64,000 nt of DNA, taken from positions 5,321 through 69,320 of the forward strand of contig JADCGR010000026.1 in assembly GCA_020248905.1 (NCBI GenBank), in the 5' to 3' direction. The notes beneath the pieces were generated by a model. That model saw only the letters and a program-made list of their open reading frames with translations. It did no database searches and was not told the DNA's origin. The stretch comes from Curvibacter sp. Its GTDB lineage: Bacteria > Pseudomonadota > Gammaproteobacteria > Burkholderiales > Burkholderiaceae_C. The number at the start of each line of letters is the position of its first letter. Position 1 is the stretch's first letter. The translations under genes and the position numbers were made by a program. Of this stretch, positions 22,313 to 35,633 are shown in pieces.

Positions 22313-23320
22313 ATGACCCGTGTGGTAGTGACCGGGGCGGCGGGGTTTATCGGCGCCAACATCGTCAAAGGGCTTAATGCCCGCGGCATTGACGACATCA
22401 TCGTCGTCGACGATCTCACACGGGGCGACAAGTTCTGCAACTTCGCCGACCTGAAGATCGCTGACTATGTCGACCTCGACGACTTCTACCCCAACTTCGA
22501 GGAAGGCTACTACGGCAAGGTCGAGGCCGTGTTCCACGAGGGGGCCTGCAGCGACACCATGGAGTCCAACGGCAAGTACATGATGGACAACAACTACACG
22601 CTCTCGTGCGAGTTGTTCCAGGCCTGCCAGCAACAGGGCACACGCCTGCTGTACGCCTCCTCGGCAGCCACCTACGGCGGCTCCGAGACCTTCCGCGAAG
22701 AGCCCGCGTTCGAAGCTCCTCTCAATGTCTACGGCTACTCCAAGCTGCTGTTCGACCAGCGCATGCGTCGCGAACTGGGCGTGAGCTTCGAGAGGGCCAA
22801 GGTGCAGGTGGCGGGTTTCAGATACTTCAACGTCTACGGTCCGCGCGAGCAGCACAAGGGCCGTATGGCCAGCGTAGCCTTCCACCAGTTCCACCAGTTC
22901 CGCAAGGAGGGCAAGGTCAAACTCTTTGGGGAGTATGGTGGTTACGGCGCTGGTGAACAGATGCGCGACTTCGTCTTCGTCGACGACGTAGTAGCGGTCA
23001 ACCTCTGGTTCTTCGACCACCCGGGCAAATCGGGCGTTTACAACCTCGGCTCCGGCCGCGCCCAGCCTTTCAACGATGTGGCGGTGGCCGTGGTCAACAC
23101 GCTGCGCGGCCTAGAAGGCAAGACCGCGCTAGCGCTGGCGCAGATCGTGCAGCAGGGCCTGATCGAATACATTCCCTTCCCCGACGCGCTACAGGGGAGG
23201 TACCAGTGCTATACCCAAGCCAACCTCGACCGTCTGCGCGTCGCTGGCTGCGACCACGTCTTCGCCGATGTGCAAAGCGGCGTCAGCGAGTACGTTCGCG
23301 CGCTCGCGTCAAGGGGCTGA
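22313..23320 (+). CDS. hldD: ADP-L-glycero-D-manno-heptose 6-epimerase
   Basis: 335-aa ORF: [18 protein letters not shown]..., [29 protein letters not shown]. Confidence 0.9.
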   Translation: MTRVVVTGAAGFIGANIVKGLNARGIDDIIVVDDLTRGDKFCNFADLKIADYVDLDDFYPNFEEGYYGKVEAVFHEGACSDTMESNGKYMMDNNYTLSCELFQACQQQGTRLLYASSAATYGGSETFREEPAFEAPLNVYGYSKLLFDQRMRRELGVSFERAKVQVAGFRYFNVYGPREQHKGRMASVAFHQFHQFRKEGKVKLFGEYGGYGAGEQMRDFVFVDDVVAVNLWFFDHPGKSGVYNLGSGRAQPFNDVAVAVVNTLRGLEGKTALALAQIVQQGLIEYIPFPDALQGRYQCYTQANLDRLRVAGCDHVFADVQSGVSEYVRALASRG

Positions 23321-23335
23321 GCTGCCGGATCGGCA

Positions 23336-25189
23336 TAGGAGGCAGCCATTATTGGCTGCACCCCTGCCACGCCACCCGGCATGCGGGTCCGCACCGGGCC
23401 GCTCGAGACTTTGAGGTCATGACAGCCTTGGCACACCCAAGCGGTCGAAGTACGCAATGGTGAGCACTGTCTTGAGCAGCCGGTCGCTATTGCGCCACCA
23501 GCGACAGCTGTTCACCGCCACTTGTCGCGCCACGTTTTCCTTCGCTCCCAGTGCCTTGAGTTCCCGATAGGTCGTGCGGGGTCTTCTCCAGTGCTTGAGC
23601 TGAATCGCCCTGAGGCGATGACGCAGCCACGCGCCCAGCTCGCGCCAGACACGGGGTGTTTGCGCCACATCCCGAAGTACGCCTTCCAGCCCAGCAGATA
23701 AGGCCGCAGTTTTTCCACCACTTGCTCCATGCTGCGCCCATCCATGCGGCCTGTAAATTGCCGGATGCGGGCCTTGAAGTTATCCAGCGCCTTCCTGGCC
23801 ACTGCACATTTGACGTCTTGGCCCTTGCTCACCCACAACGCATAGCCCAGGAATTTACGCCCGAAGGCGCTGCCCACCGCACTCTTGGCTTCGTTGATCT
23901 GAAGCTTGAGCCCAGCGTACAACTTCCTGAGCAGCACCATCACCCGCTCGCCTGCCTTCACACTGCCCACGTAGACGTTGCGGTCATCAGCGTAGCGCGC
24001 AAAGCTGTAGCCTCGCGCCTGCAGCACCTTGTCCACCTCGTCAAGCAGCACGTTGGCCGCAGGGGTGACAGGGGCCCGCCCTGCGGCGTACCCATGTTGC
24101 GCTCACTCACTACCCCGCCATCGATGATTCCGGCATTCAGGTACGCTCGAATCAGCTGGATCACACCAGCGTCGTCGATGCGCCTCTTGAACCTGTTGAT
24201 CAGGATGTCGTGGTTGACACGGCCAAAGAATTTGGCCAGGTCCACGTCCACGACCACGCGCTTGCCCGACTGGACGTAGCCACGCGCGGCCTTGACCGCG
24301 TCATGTGCCCGCCGGCCGAGACGAAACCCGTGGCTGTGCTCGCTGAAACCGATATCGATGATGAGGCTGCAGCACTTGCAGCAGGGCTTGCTGGATCAGT
24401 CGATCCAGCACTGTGGGGATGCCCAGCTCGCGCTGGCTCCCATCCGGTTTGGGGATCATCACCTTGCGTACCGGACTGGGCCGGTAGCGTCCTATCAGCA
24501 GGTCTTGGCAGATGTCCGGCCAACTGGTCTGCACATGCAGGCGGTTTGCTCGATGTCGAGCCCGTCCACCCCTGCCGCCCCTTTGTTGGCCTTGACCCGC
24601 TTGCACGCCACTTGCAGGTTCTGTCTCGTCAGCGCCATCTCCAGCAGGCCAGCTGGACCTGCCACCAACTTTGCCGACCCTGTGCCCCGGTGCGCAAGAA
24701 GCGGGCCGCAGGCTTCGTCGCTGACAGGGTCACACCCGGCTTCACCGCGTGCTACGCCCGCCCGGATTGCTACAGCATCTGACGCATGGCCTTTGACATC
24801 TCCTCGTCCTCGGTCACTCACGCTCGTTTGGCTATTCGCTATCACTTTCCGGCCTCATCGGCCCCGGCTCCAGCTACTACGACCTCTGCTGACTTCTCGC
24901 TCCGGCATGGCCGTCGCCCTTTCAGGCGCAAGGCAAGATCTCCCCGGGTAAGAACGCAAACCTTCATCGCACAACCGCCGCATCTACGCCGCCTCGCCTC
25001 GGTCACAAGAGCTTTGCGACCCTCGCGCCCGCTCGCCCCGCTTGGCAACGCCTTCTATGCAGTTCTTGTTCATCGGCTCGTGATTTACGTTCCACGCTTC
25101 CTCCCCACGCTCGGCCGCCCTCACGCAGTTGCGCTTCGCTTTGCTCGCTATGACCAGCCCGCAGCGGGAATTGCACCCGCAGGCCGCAC
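23336..25189 (-). mobile_element. Bacterial group II intron (~1.85 kb) with an ORF in domain IV. The 3' boundary is approximate.
   Basis: On the minus strand the 5' end reads GTGCGGCCTGCGGG (GTGCG corresponds to 25189-25185). An RT/maturase reading frame follows. A 34-nt domain V-like bulged hairpin GAGCGGCCCGGTGCGGACCCGCATGCCGGGTGGC (23404-23371) lies 12 nt after the ORF stop. A short hairpin then ends ...CCTAT near 23336. Confidence 0.8.
23417..24638 (-). pseudogene. Group II intron reverse transcriptase/maturase (no En domain), disrupted by at least four 1-nt frameshifts
   Basis: The RT sequence is spread over minus-strand ORFs 24495..24845, 24301..24606, 23958..24257, 23512..24051 and 23417..23668, in frames 2,0,2,0,1. 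The joined reading is MALTRQNLQVACKRVKANKGAAGVDGLDIEQTA / LHVQTSWPDI...GIPTVLDRLIQQALLQVLQP / IIDIGFSEHSHGFRLGRRAHDAV...GTPQGGPLSPL / ANVLLDEVDKVLQARGYSFARYADD...LGWKAYFG / MAQTPRVWRELGAWLRHRLRAIQLKHW... Confidence 0.8.
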
Positions 25190-25190
25190 C

Positions 25191-25517
25191 TCACTTGCAC
25201 TCGTAGATGTCATAGATGCGCTGACCGTAGGCCGGCATGGGGCCGCGCACCACGGTATCGCCGCCCTTGTCGATCGCGTCATTGCGTGCCATCTGCAGCA
25301 GGTTGTCTTCCACTGCTTCGCTGCTGCGGGCGATCGGGCCGATGTTGGCCAGCACGCTGAAGGTGGTGCGCCCCAGCAGCTTGCATTTGGCAACCTGGCT
25401 CTCCTGCGCCAGCACCACCTGATCGGCGCCAATGCGCTCCCCGATGAGCTTGCTGGCGCAACCACTGAGCAGCAGCGCAGACGCGGCGACGACCACGAAC
25501 ATGATGTTTTTGGACAT
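25191..25517 (-). CDS. Small lipoprotein (DUF4156-like)
   Basis: ORF 25191..25538 trimmed to the ATG at 25517, which is preceded by the SD caggag. It has the lipobox LLSGC and ends ...YDIYECK. The family name is recalled from memory and not checked. Confidence 0.6.
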   Translation of the reverse strand: MSKNIMFVVVAASALLLSGCASKLIGERIGADQVVLAQESQVAKCKLLGRTTFSVLANIGPIARSSEAVEDNLLQMARNDAIDKGGDTVVRGPMPAYGQRIYDIYECK

Positions 25518-25635
25518 GTTTGGACTCCTGGAAAACAAGGGAAAGGATGAGGCCTAAGTCAGGGGCTCTCATGTGCGATTGTCCCGCATGTGTCGCGCCC
25601 CGGGCCGGCGGCCCCGGTTACAAAATGCATACTGC

Positions 25636-26244
25636 TCAGCGGCCGGTGAGCTTGAGGTAGGCTGCGCGCGTCTGCGGCGACACCGATTCGACCACCTGCG
25701 CGTAATGGGTCTGGTGCCGCGCCAGCACGCGCGCCGTCGCCACGGCGCGGGAGCGGCAGAACCAATGGCAGCTGTGCTGCATCAGCAGAAGCTCAGCCGT
25801 CATGGTGTGAGCCTTGTCGCGCGACGACCGCTGCGCCCGGTTCGCAGCGGTCGCCGCGATGCCCTCGGCGTGGATGGCCAGCAGATGCCGCATGTCGAAG
25901 GTCCGGCGCGGGAAAATCCGGTCAGCGTAGGGGAACGCAAAATCCAGGGTGCTGACCTGCGTCTGGCCATTCCACACACGCGAGAAATCCTCGGTGAACC
26001 GGCCGAACTGCGTGGCCAGCTCCTGCTCGGCCGTGGCCAGCAGGCTCCAGACCTGTGCGCGTCGCTCCTCGTCTTTCTCGTCCAGCGCGCGCATGTAGCC
26101 GGCGGTCACGTTCTCCATGAGCTTCTCGATCTCGTACTGGCTCAGATAGCGCCCCAGAAGGACGATGCGGCGGCGCTGGTCCTGTACCTTGAGGAACTGG
26201 AAGCCCAGGACCAGGGCTAGCGGAAAGAAGACGATCAAATCCAT
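25636..26244 (-). CDS. Hypothetical protein with an N-terminal TM helix
   Basis: 202-aa ORF with GC3-rich codon use and no recognisable motif. Confidence 0.55.
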   Translation of the reverse strand: MDLIVFFPLALVLGFQFLKVQDQRRRIVLLGRYLSQYEIEKLMENVTAGYMRALDEKDEERRAQVWSLLATAEQELATQFGRFTEDFSRVWNGQTQVSTLDFAFPYADRIFPRRTFDMRHLLAIHAEGIAATAANRAQRSSRDKAHTMTAELLLMQHSCHWFCRSRAVATARVLARHQTHYAQVVESVSPQTRAAYLKLTGR

Positions 26245-26298
26245 CGGGACGGTTGGCGGCAGGAATCAAAGGCGCCAGTGTAGTGGGCTGGACCTCCC

Positions 26299-29973
<3,675 letters not shown>

Positions 29974-30121
29974 ACCAGAAACTCCTCACAGCGCAAGACG
30001 CGCGACGAATGTACGGGCTCAAGACCGGGAACACCGCAGAGCCGGCTTTGCCGGGCCGCTGGTGTTGCCCCCTTGAGGGGGATGGCGTAGCGACTCGAAG
30101 TGCGCGCAGCCTGGGGATGTT

Positions 30122-30679
30122 TCATAGTGAAGCGGCAGAGCGAGCCGCCTGGTCATACACACCGGACAGCACCCGCAGCAGGCGGGCCAGTTCACCGATG
30201 TCACGGTTCAGCGCCTCGTCGGCCTTGAGCGCGTTGATCAAGCAGCTTTCCCGAATGTCGCGGTAGCGCTGCACATAGGCCTGCCCCTCGTCGGTGGCCG
30301 CGTAGGTCACCTCCTTGCCGTTTTTGCTGGACGCCACCACGCCCAGGCCCTGCAGCTTCTTGAGCGAGTAGTTGATCAGGTGCGTGTCCTCCACGTTCAT
30401 GATGAAGCTGATGTCGGCCAGACGCTTGTCACGCGCGCGGTGCGTCACGTGGTGCAGCACCAATACGTCCAGCGGGGTCAGGTCTTTGAGGCCCGCAGCC
30501 GACATGCAGTGCACGATCCAGCGGTGAAAGGCGTTGCCCGAGACGATGAGACCGAACTCGAACTCGCTCATCTCGGCGCTGCGGGGCGAAACCAGGTGCG
30601 CCGACGACACGATGGGCGACTTGGGCGTGTTAGGCGACTTGGGCGCCGGCACGGCACTGGACTTTGACTTCCTGGGCAT
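30122..30679 (-). CDS. Winged-helix (MarR-like) transcriptional regulator
   Basis: ORF 30122..30751 trimmed to the ATG at 30679 (MPRKSKSS...). The wHTH-like core is LTPLDVLVLHHVTHRARDKRLADISFIMNVEDTHLINYSLKKLQGLGVV. It is divergent from the TRAP operon. Confidence 0.65.
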   Translation of the reverse strand: MPRKSKSSAVPAPKSPNTPKSPIVSSAHLVSPRSAEMSEFEFGLIVSGNAFHRWIVHCMSAAGLKDLTPLDVLVLHHVTHRARDKRLADISFIMNVEDTHLINYSLKKLQGLGVVASSKNGKEVTYAATDEGQAYVQRYRDIRESCLINALKADEALNRDIGELARLLRVLSGVYDQAARSAASL

Positions 30680-30838
30680 AGAACGCACTCCCCTAGGGCA
30701 AAACGCCCTGAACTGGTGAAAAGTAAAAAAACAACAACAATTTGTTGACAATTTATCAGCGTTTGGGGATTATGCCTATACCCCGATGTCGGGGACCGGC
30801 CTAAAGTGGCCAGACCTATCAACCACCGTGGAGTGAAT

Positions 30839-31816
30839 ATGCAGCGTCGTCATTTCTCTCTTGCCAGCGTCTCGCTGGCCCTCGCCCTGGCCGGCGGCAG
30901 CGCCCTGGCCCAGACCAAGTGGGACCTTGCGGCCGCATACCCGGCTACAAATTTCCACTCCGAGAACCTAGCGCAGCTCGCCGCCGACGTGGACAAGGCC
31001 ACGGGCGGCAAGCTCAAGATCACCGTGCACGCCAACGCCACGCTCTTCAAGCTGCCTGAAATCAAGCGCGCGGTGCAGGGCGGGCAGGCGCAGGCCGGCG
31101 AAGTGCTCATGGGCGCGCTGCAAAACGAATGGCAGATCTACGGCGCCGACGGCCTGCCCTTCCTGGCTGACAGCTACGACGAATCAGTCAAGCTCTGGAA
31201 GGCCCAGAAGCCACTGATCGAGAAGAAGCTGGCCGAGCAGGGCATGCTGCTGCTCTACGCGGTGGCCTGGCCGCCCCAGGGCATCTATACCAAGAAGCCC
31301 ATCAACAGCGCCGCCGACCTCAAGGGCATCAAGTGGCGCGCCTACAGCCCGGCCACCGCACGCATCGCCGACCTGGTGGGCGCCCAGCCCGTCACCGTGC
31401 AGGCCGCCGAGCTGCAGCAGGCCCTGGCCACGGGCGTGGTCGAATCGACCATGACCTCAGGCGCCACCGGCGTGGACAGCAAGCTCTTCGAGCACCTCAA
31501 GTATTACTACGACACCCAGGCCTGGCTGCCCAAGAACATGGTGATCGTCAACCGCAAGGCCTTTGACGCGCTGGACAAGCCCACGCAGGACGCGCTGCTC
31601 AAGGCCGCAGCCGATGCTGAGGTGCGTGGCCTGGCCGCCAGCAAGCGCATCGACGCCGAGACCAAGGAAAAGCTCAAGGCTAACGGCATGCAGGTGCTGC
31701 CCCCGTCGCCCACGCTCAAAGCCGACATGCAGAAGGTTGGCCAGACCATGCTGACCGAGTGGCTGGAGAAAGCCGGCCCCGAAGGCAAGAGCGTGGTAGA
31801 CGCCTTCCGGCGCTAA
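30839..31816 (+). CDS. dctP: TRAP transporter substrate-binding protein (DctP family)
   Basis: ORF 30806..31816 trimmed to the ATG at 30839 (MQRRHFSLASVSLALALAGGSALAQ signal peptide). The SD ggag lies upstream. Confidence 0.85.
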   Translation: MQRRHFSLASVSLALALAGGSALAQTKWDLAAAYPATNFHSENLAQLAADVDKATGGKLKITVHANATLFKLPEIKRAVQGGQAQAGEVLMGALQNEWQIYGADGLPFLADSYDESVKLWKAQKPLIEKKLAEQGMLLLYAVAWPPQGIYTKKPINSAADLKGIKWRAYSPATARIADLVGAQPVTVQAAELQQALATGVVESTMTSGATGVDSKLFEHLKYYYDTQAWLPKNMVIVNRKAFDALDKPTQDALLKAAADAEVRGLAASKRIDAETKEKLKANGMQVLPPSPTLKADMQKVGQTMLTEWLEKAGPEGKSVVDAFRR

Positions 31817-31825
31817 GTCTGCCTC

Positions 31826-32392
31826 ATGTCTGACAAGCCACAGCATCGCCCGGGCGCGGCACGCCGCGCCCTTGACGGCCTCTATGCGCTCGGGGGCGCG
31901 CTGGCCGCCCTTTGCGTGCTGGTCATCCTGCTGTTGATGCTGGGCGCGTCGGTGGGGCGCATGGCCAACTGGCGCGTTTCCTGGATCAACGATGTCGTGG
32001 CCTGGCTGTGCGCGGCTGCGGCCTTCCTGGGCATGGCCTACAGCTTTCGCAACGGCGACTTCGTGCGTGTCACGCTCGTGCTCGAATCGGTCTCGCCACG
32101 GGCACGGCGCTGGCTGGAGGTGGTCTCGCTGTCCATCGCTACCGTGGCCATTGCCTATCTCGGTTACTGGGCCGCGCGCTTCACCTGGGAAAGCTGGGAG
32201 TTCAACGACATCGCCGGCAATATGGTGGCCATCCCGATCTGGATTCCGCAGATGAGCTTTGTCATCGGCGCGCTTATTTTCGTGGTGGCCGTGCTCGATG
32301 AATGCTTTACCGTGCTGCGCGGCCACCGGCCCGGCTACGTCACCCGGGTTGAGGAGCGCCACGCCCGCGGCGACTTCTCGGAGGAACTCTGA
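31826..32392 (+). CDS. dctQ: TRAP transporter small permease (DctQ family)
   Basis: 188-aa, four-TM protein between dctP and dctM. Confidence 0.8.
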   Translation: MSDKPQHRPGAARRALDGLYALGGALAALCVLVILLLMLGASVGRMANWRVSWINDVVAWLCAAAAFLGMAYSFRNGDFVRVTLVLESVSPRARRWLEVVSLSIATVAIAYLGYWAARFTWESWEFNDIAGNMVAIPIWIPQMSFVIGALIFVVAVLDECFTVLRGHRPGYVTRVEERHARGDFSEEL

Positions 32393-32399
32393 GGTCTCC

Positions 32400-33710
32400 A
32401 TGGGTCTGCTTGAAATCGGCGCCCTGCTGCTCTTCCTGATGCTGCTGCTGCTCAGCGGCGGCGTCTGGATTGCCATGACGCTGGCCATCGTGGGCTGGGT
32501 CGGCCAGGCCTTTTTCACCGCCACCCAGCCGGGCAAGAACCTCTTTTCCGCCTTCTGGGAAACCACGGCCAGCTGGGAGCTCGCGGCCCTGCCGCTCTTC
32601 ATCTGGATGGGCGAGATCCTCTATCGCACGCGCCTCTCAGAGCAGATGTTCGACGGCCTCTCGCCGTGGCTCTCGCGCGTACCCGGTCGCCTGATGCACA
32701 CCACCATCCTGGGCTGCGGCATCTTTGGCTCGGTCTCGGGCTCGTCTGCTGCCACCTGCGCCACCATCGCCAAGGTGGCCCTGCCCGAACTAGAGCGCCG
32801 CGGCTACGACCGCAGCCTGGCCTTGGGCTCGCTGGCCGCAGCGGGTGGCCTGGGCATCCTGATCCCGCCGTCCATCACCATGGTGGTTTATGCCGTGGCC
32901 GCCGACGCCTCGGTGATCCGCCTTTTCCTCGCGGGCTTTCTGCCGGGCTTCCTGCTCATGGGCCTGTTCTCGGCCTACATCATGTGGTGGAGCCTGCGCA
33001 ACCCGGGCAAGGTGCCCGCTGCGGAGCCGCCCACCACGCTGGCCGAGAAGCTGCGCCGCTCGGGCAGCCTCATCCCCTGCGGCCTGCTCATCGTCTTCAT
33101 CGTCTGGGTGCTGGTGGCTGGCGTCGCCACCGCCACCGAGAGCGCAGCCTGGGGGGTGGTGGGCGCGCTGGCCATTGCCGCCGCCAGCCGCACGCTGACG
33201 CTGCGCAACTTCTGGGAGGGCCTGGCCGGCGCCACCCGCGTGAGCTGCATGATCATGTTCATCCTCGCTGGCGCTGCCTTTCTCACCAAGACCATGGCCT
33301 TCACCGGCATCCCGCGCGAGCTGGCCGAGTTCGTCCACAGCCTCAGCCTCTCGCCCTACGGCTTGATCGCCGTGCTGGTCGTGGTCTACCTCATCCTCGG
33401 CACGGCGCTCGACGGCATTTCCATGATCGTGCTCACCAGCGCGGTGGTGCTACCCATGGTGCAGAAAGCGGGCTTCGACCTCGTGTGGTTTGGCATCTTC
33501 ATCATCCTGCTGATTGAGATTGCCGAGATCACGCCCCCGGTCGGCTTCAACCTGTTTGTGCTGCAGAACATGACGGGCGTGGACAGCAACCGCATTGCCC
33601 GTGTGACGGTGCCCTTCTTTTTGTGCATGATCGTGGCCATCGTGCTCATCACGCTCTTGCCGTCCATCGTCACCAGCGTGCCCAACTGGCTCATGGGCGT
33701 CGAGCGTTAG
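32400..33710 (+). CDS. dctM: TRAP transporter large permease (DctM family)
   Basis: ORF 32259..33710 trimmed to the ATG at 32400 (MGLLEIGALLLFLMLLLLSGGVWIAMTLAIVGW). The protein is polytopic. Confidence 0.9.
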   Translation: MGLLEIGALLLFLMLLLLSGGVWIAMTLAIVGWVGQAFFTATQPGKNLFSAFWETTASWELAALPLFIWMGEILYRTRLSEQMFDGLSPWLSRVPGRLMHTTILGCGIFGSVSGSSAATCATIAKVALPELERRGYDRSLALGSLAAAGGLGILIPPSITMVVYAVAADASVIRLFLAGFLPGFLLMGLFSAYIMWWSLRNPGKVPAAEPPTTLAEKLRRSGSLIPCGLLIVFIVWVLVAGVATATESAAWGVVGALAIAAASRTLTLRNFWEGLAGATRVSCMIMFILAGAAFLTKTMAFTGIPRELAEFVHSLSLSPYGLIAVLVVVYLILGTALDGISMIVLTSAVVLPMVQKAGFDLVWFGIFIILLIEIAEITPPVGFNLFVLQNMTGVDSNRIARVTVPFFLCMIVAIVLITLLPSIVTSVPNWLMGVER

Positions 33711-33768
33711 CGGGCCTGCTAGCGCGCCTGCTCGCAAGACGGGGGCGCCGGGCCGCTAAACTTGCCCC

Positions 33769-34149
33769 ATGCCTGCCGCTCTTGCCATCTGCCTTGGTGC
33801 CTGTGCCGGCGCGCTGGCGCGCTGGCAGCTGGGCCTGTGGCTCAACACCCCGTCGGCCGTGCTGCCCTGGGGCACCCTGGCTGCCAACCTCATTGGCGGC
33901 TACCTGGTGGGGGTGGCGGTGGCCGTGTTCCAGGCCCTGCCCCAGCTCGACCCGGCCTGGCGCCTGCTGCTCATCACGGGTCTGCTGGGCGCGCTGACCA
34001 CCTTCTCCAGTTTTTCTGCCGAAGTGGTGGCCATGCTGCAGCAACAGCGCTATGCGCTGGCGCTGGGCACGGCGGCCCTGCATCTGTTTGGCTCGCTTCT
34101 GCTCACCGTGGCCGGCCTCAAGAGCGTTTCCTTCTTCCTGGCGCGCTGA
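33769..34149 (+). CDS. crcB: Fluoride channel CrcB/FluC
   Basis: 126-aa ORF: GALARW...PWGTLAANLIGGYLVG...GLLGALTTFSSFS. Confidence 0.9.
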   Translation: MPAALAICLGACAGALARWQLGLWLNTPSAVLPWGTLAANLIGGYLVGVAVAVFQALPQLDPAWRLLLITGLLGALTTFSSFSAEVVAMLQQQRYALALGTAALHLFGSLLLTVAGLKSVSFFLAR

Positions 34150-34988
34150 TGTCTGCTCCACCCAGGCCACTGACAGGGCGCGTTTATCTGATTGGCGCCG
34201 GCCCGGGCGATCCCGAGCTTCTCACCCTGCGCGCCGCGCGCCTGCTGGCTGCTGCCGACGTGCTGGTCTACGACAACCTGGTGTCAGACGGAGTGCTCGC
34301 CCTGGCCAACCCCCAGGCCCAGCGTATCTATGCCGGCAAGCGCCGTAACGAACACACCCTGCGGCAGGAACAGATCAACGCCCTGCTCGTGCAGCTCGCA
34401 CGCGAGGGCAAGCAGGTGGTGCGCCTTAAGGGGGGCGACCCCTTCATCTTCGGGCGCGGCGGCGAGGAAATGCAGAAACTGCAGGAACAGGGCATCCCCT
34501 TCGAGGTGGTCCCGGGTATCACCGCCGCCAGCGGCGTGGCCTGCTACGCGGGTATTCCCCTCACGCATCGCGACCACGCGCAAAGCTGCGTGTTCGTGAC
34601 CGGCCACCTCAAGGACGGCAACCCCGAGCTCGAATGGCACGCGCTGGTGCGGCCCCAGCAGACCGTGGTGATCTACATGGGCCTGAGCGCCCTGCCGGAG
34701 ATCTGCCGCCAGCTCGTGGCCCATGGCGCACCATCCACGCGGCCCATCGCACTGGTACAACATGGCACGCTGGCCACGCAGCGCGTGCTGACCGGCACGC
34801 TGGCCGATCTGCCGGGCAAGGCGGCGGGCAGCGGCTACACATCGCCCAGCCTGCTGATCGTGGGCGATGTGGTGCAACTGCACGGCACACTCGACTGGTT
34901 CGAACCTCACCACGGCGCGCATACGCGCCTGACCCACGACCAAGCCGCCCAGCTGCCGCCCCTGCCCACCCCCGGAGCACAACCATGA
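34149..34988 (+). CDS. cobA: Uroporphyrinogen-III C-methyltransferase (SUMT)
   Basis: ORF 33762..34988 trimmed to the ATG at 34149, an ATGA overlap with the crcB stop. Motifs: VYLIGAGPGDPELLTLRA..., LKGGDPFIFGRGGEE, VVPGITAA. Confidence 0.85.
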   Translation: MSAPPRPLTGRVYLIGAGPGDPELLTLRAARLLAAADVLVYDNLVSDGVLALANPQAQRIYAGKRRNEHTLRQEQINALLVQLAREGKQVVRLKGGDPFIFGRGGEEMQKLQEQGIPFEVVPGITAASGVACYAGIPLTHRDHAQSCVFVTGHLKDGNPELEWHALVRPQQTVVIYMGLSALPEICRQLVAHGAPSTRPIALVQHGTLATQRVLTGTLADLPGKAAGSGYTSPSLLIVGDVVQLHGTLDWFEPHHGAHTRLTHDQAAQLPPLPTPGAQP

Positions 34989-35614
34989 GCGACGCCCTCG
35001 ATTACCTCGTCCAGGCCCGGCCCGAGGCCATGGGCCATTACTTCAGCTTCCTGAAAGACGCGGGCAAGCTGCTCGACCCCAAGACCCGCGCGCTGATCTC
35101 CGTCATCACCAAGGTGGACGCGCAGACCGAGCGCGGCCTGCGCCAGTACGTCAAGCGCGCGCTGCGTGACGGTTGCTCGGGCGCCGAGATCATCGACGCC
35201 CTGCTCATGGCCTTCCCCACCCTGGGCCTCTCAAAAATTGTCTGGGCCGCGGACGTGCTGCTTGCCATGCAGCTACCCGAGTTTGCGCCCGAGGCCCTGA
35301 GGGGTGAGGCGCCAAAGTGGCGCGACGTGATGGCCGCCCGCGACGTGCCCGACGGCGAGGTGCTGCGCACCGAGCACGCGGGGCGCGGTCTGTTCATCTA
35401 CCGCGCGGGCAAGCAGACTCAGGTTTACGACAGCCGCTGCCCGCACAAGAGCACCGACATCCCCGAACTGGCCCTCAAGGGCCTCACGCTGACCTGCCCC
35501 AAGCATGCGTGGCAGTTTGAGGTGAGCAGTGGCGACTGCATCAAGAAGGGCAACACGCCGCTCACGCGGCTGGAGAGCAAGGTGGTGAAGGGGCGGGTGA
35601 TGGTGCGGTGGTAG
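34985..35614 (+). CDS. Carboxymuconolactone decarboxylase (AhpD-like) domain fused to a Rieske [2Fe-2S] domain
   Basis: ORF 34634..35614 trimmed to the ATG at 34985, an ATGA overlap with the cobA stop. The N-terminus is CMD-like. The C-terminus has CPHKSTD...CPKHAWQF, the Rieske C-x-H / C-x-x-H pattern. Confidence 0.65.
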   Translation: MSDALDYLVQARPEAMGHYFSFLKDAGKLLDPKTRALISVITKVDAQTERGLRQYVKRALRDGCSGAEIIDALLMAFPTLGLSKIVWAADVLLAMQLPEFAPEALRGEAPKWRDVMAARDVPDGEVLRTEHAGRGLFIYRAGKQTQVYDSRCPHKSTDIPELALKGLTLTCPKHAWQFEVSSGDCIKKGNTPLTRLESKVVKGRVMVRW

Positions 35615-35633
35615 GCACGCATCCCTGCAGCCC

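Noticed and set aside
25550-25635. GC-rich imperfect inverted repeat (ccccgggccggcggccccgg) as a terminator for gene 25636..26244
   Set aside because: The stem is imperfect and no U-tract follows on the relevant (minus) strand, so support is insufficient.
33711-33768. Fluoride riboswitch upstream of crcB
   Set aside because: I could not find the conserved crcB-motif elements (GAUGG ... CUGAUGAU.CCUAC-like) in this 58-nt leader. A covariance-model scan is still advisable.
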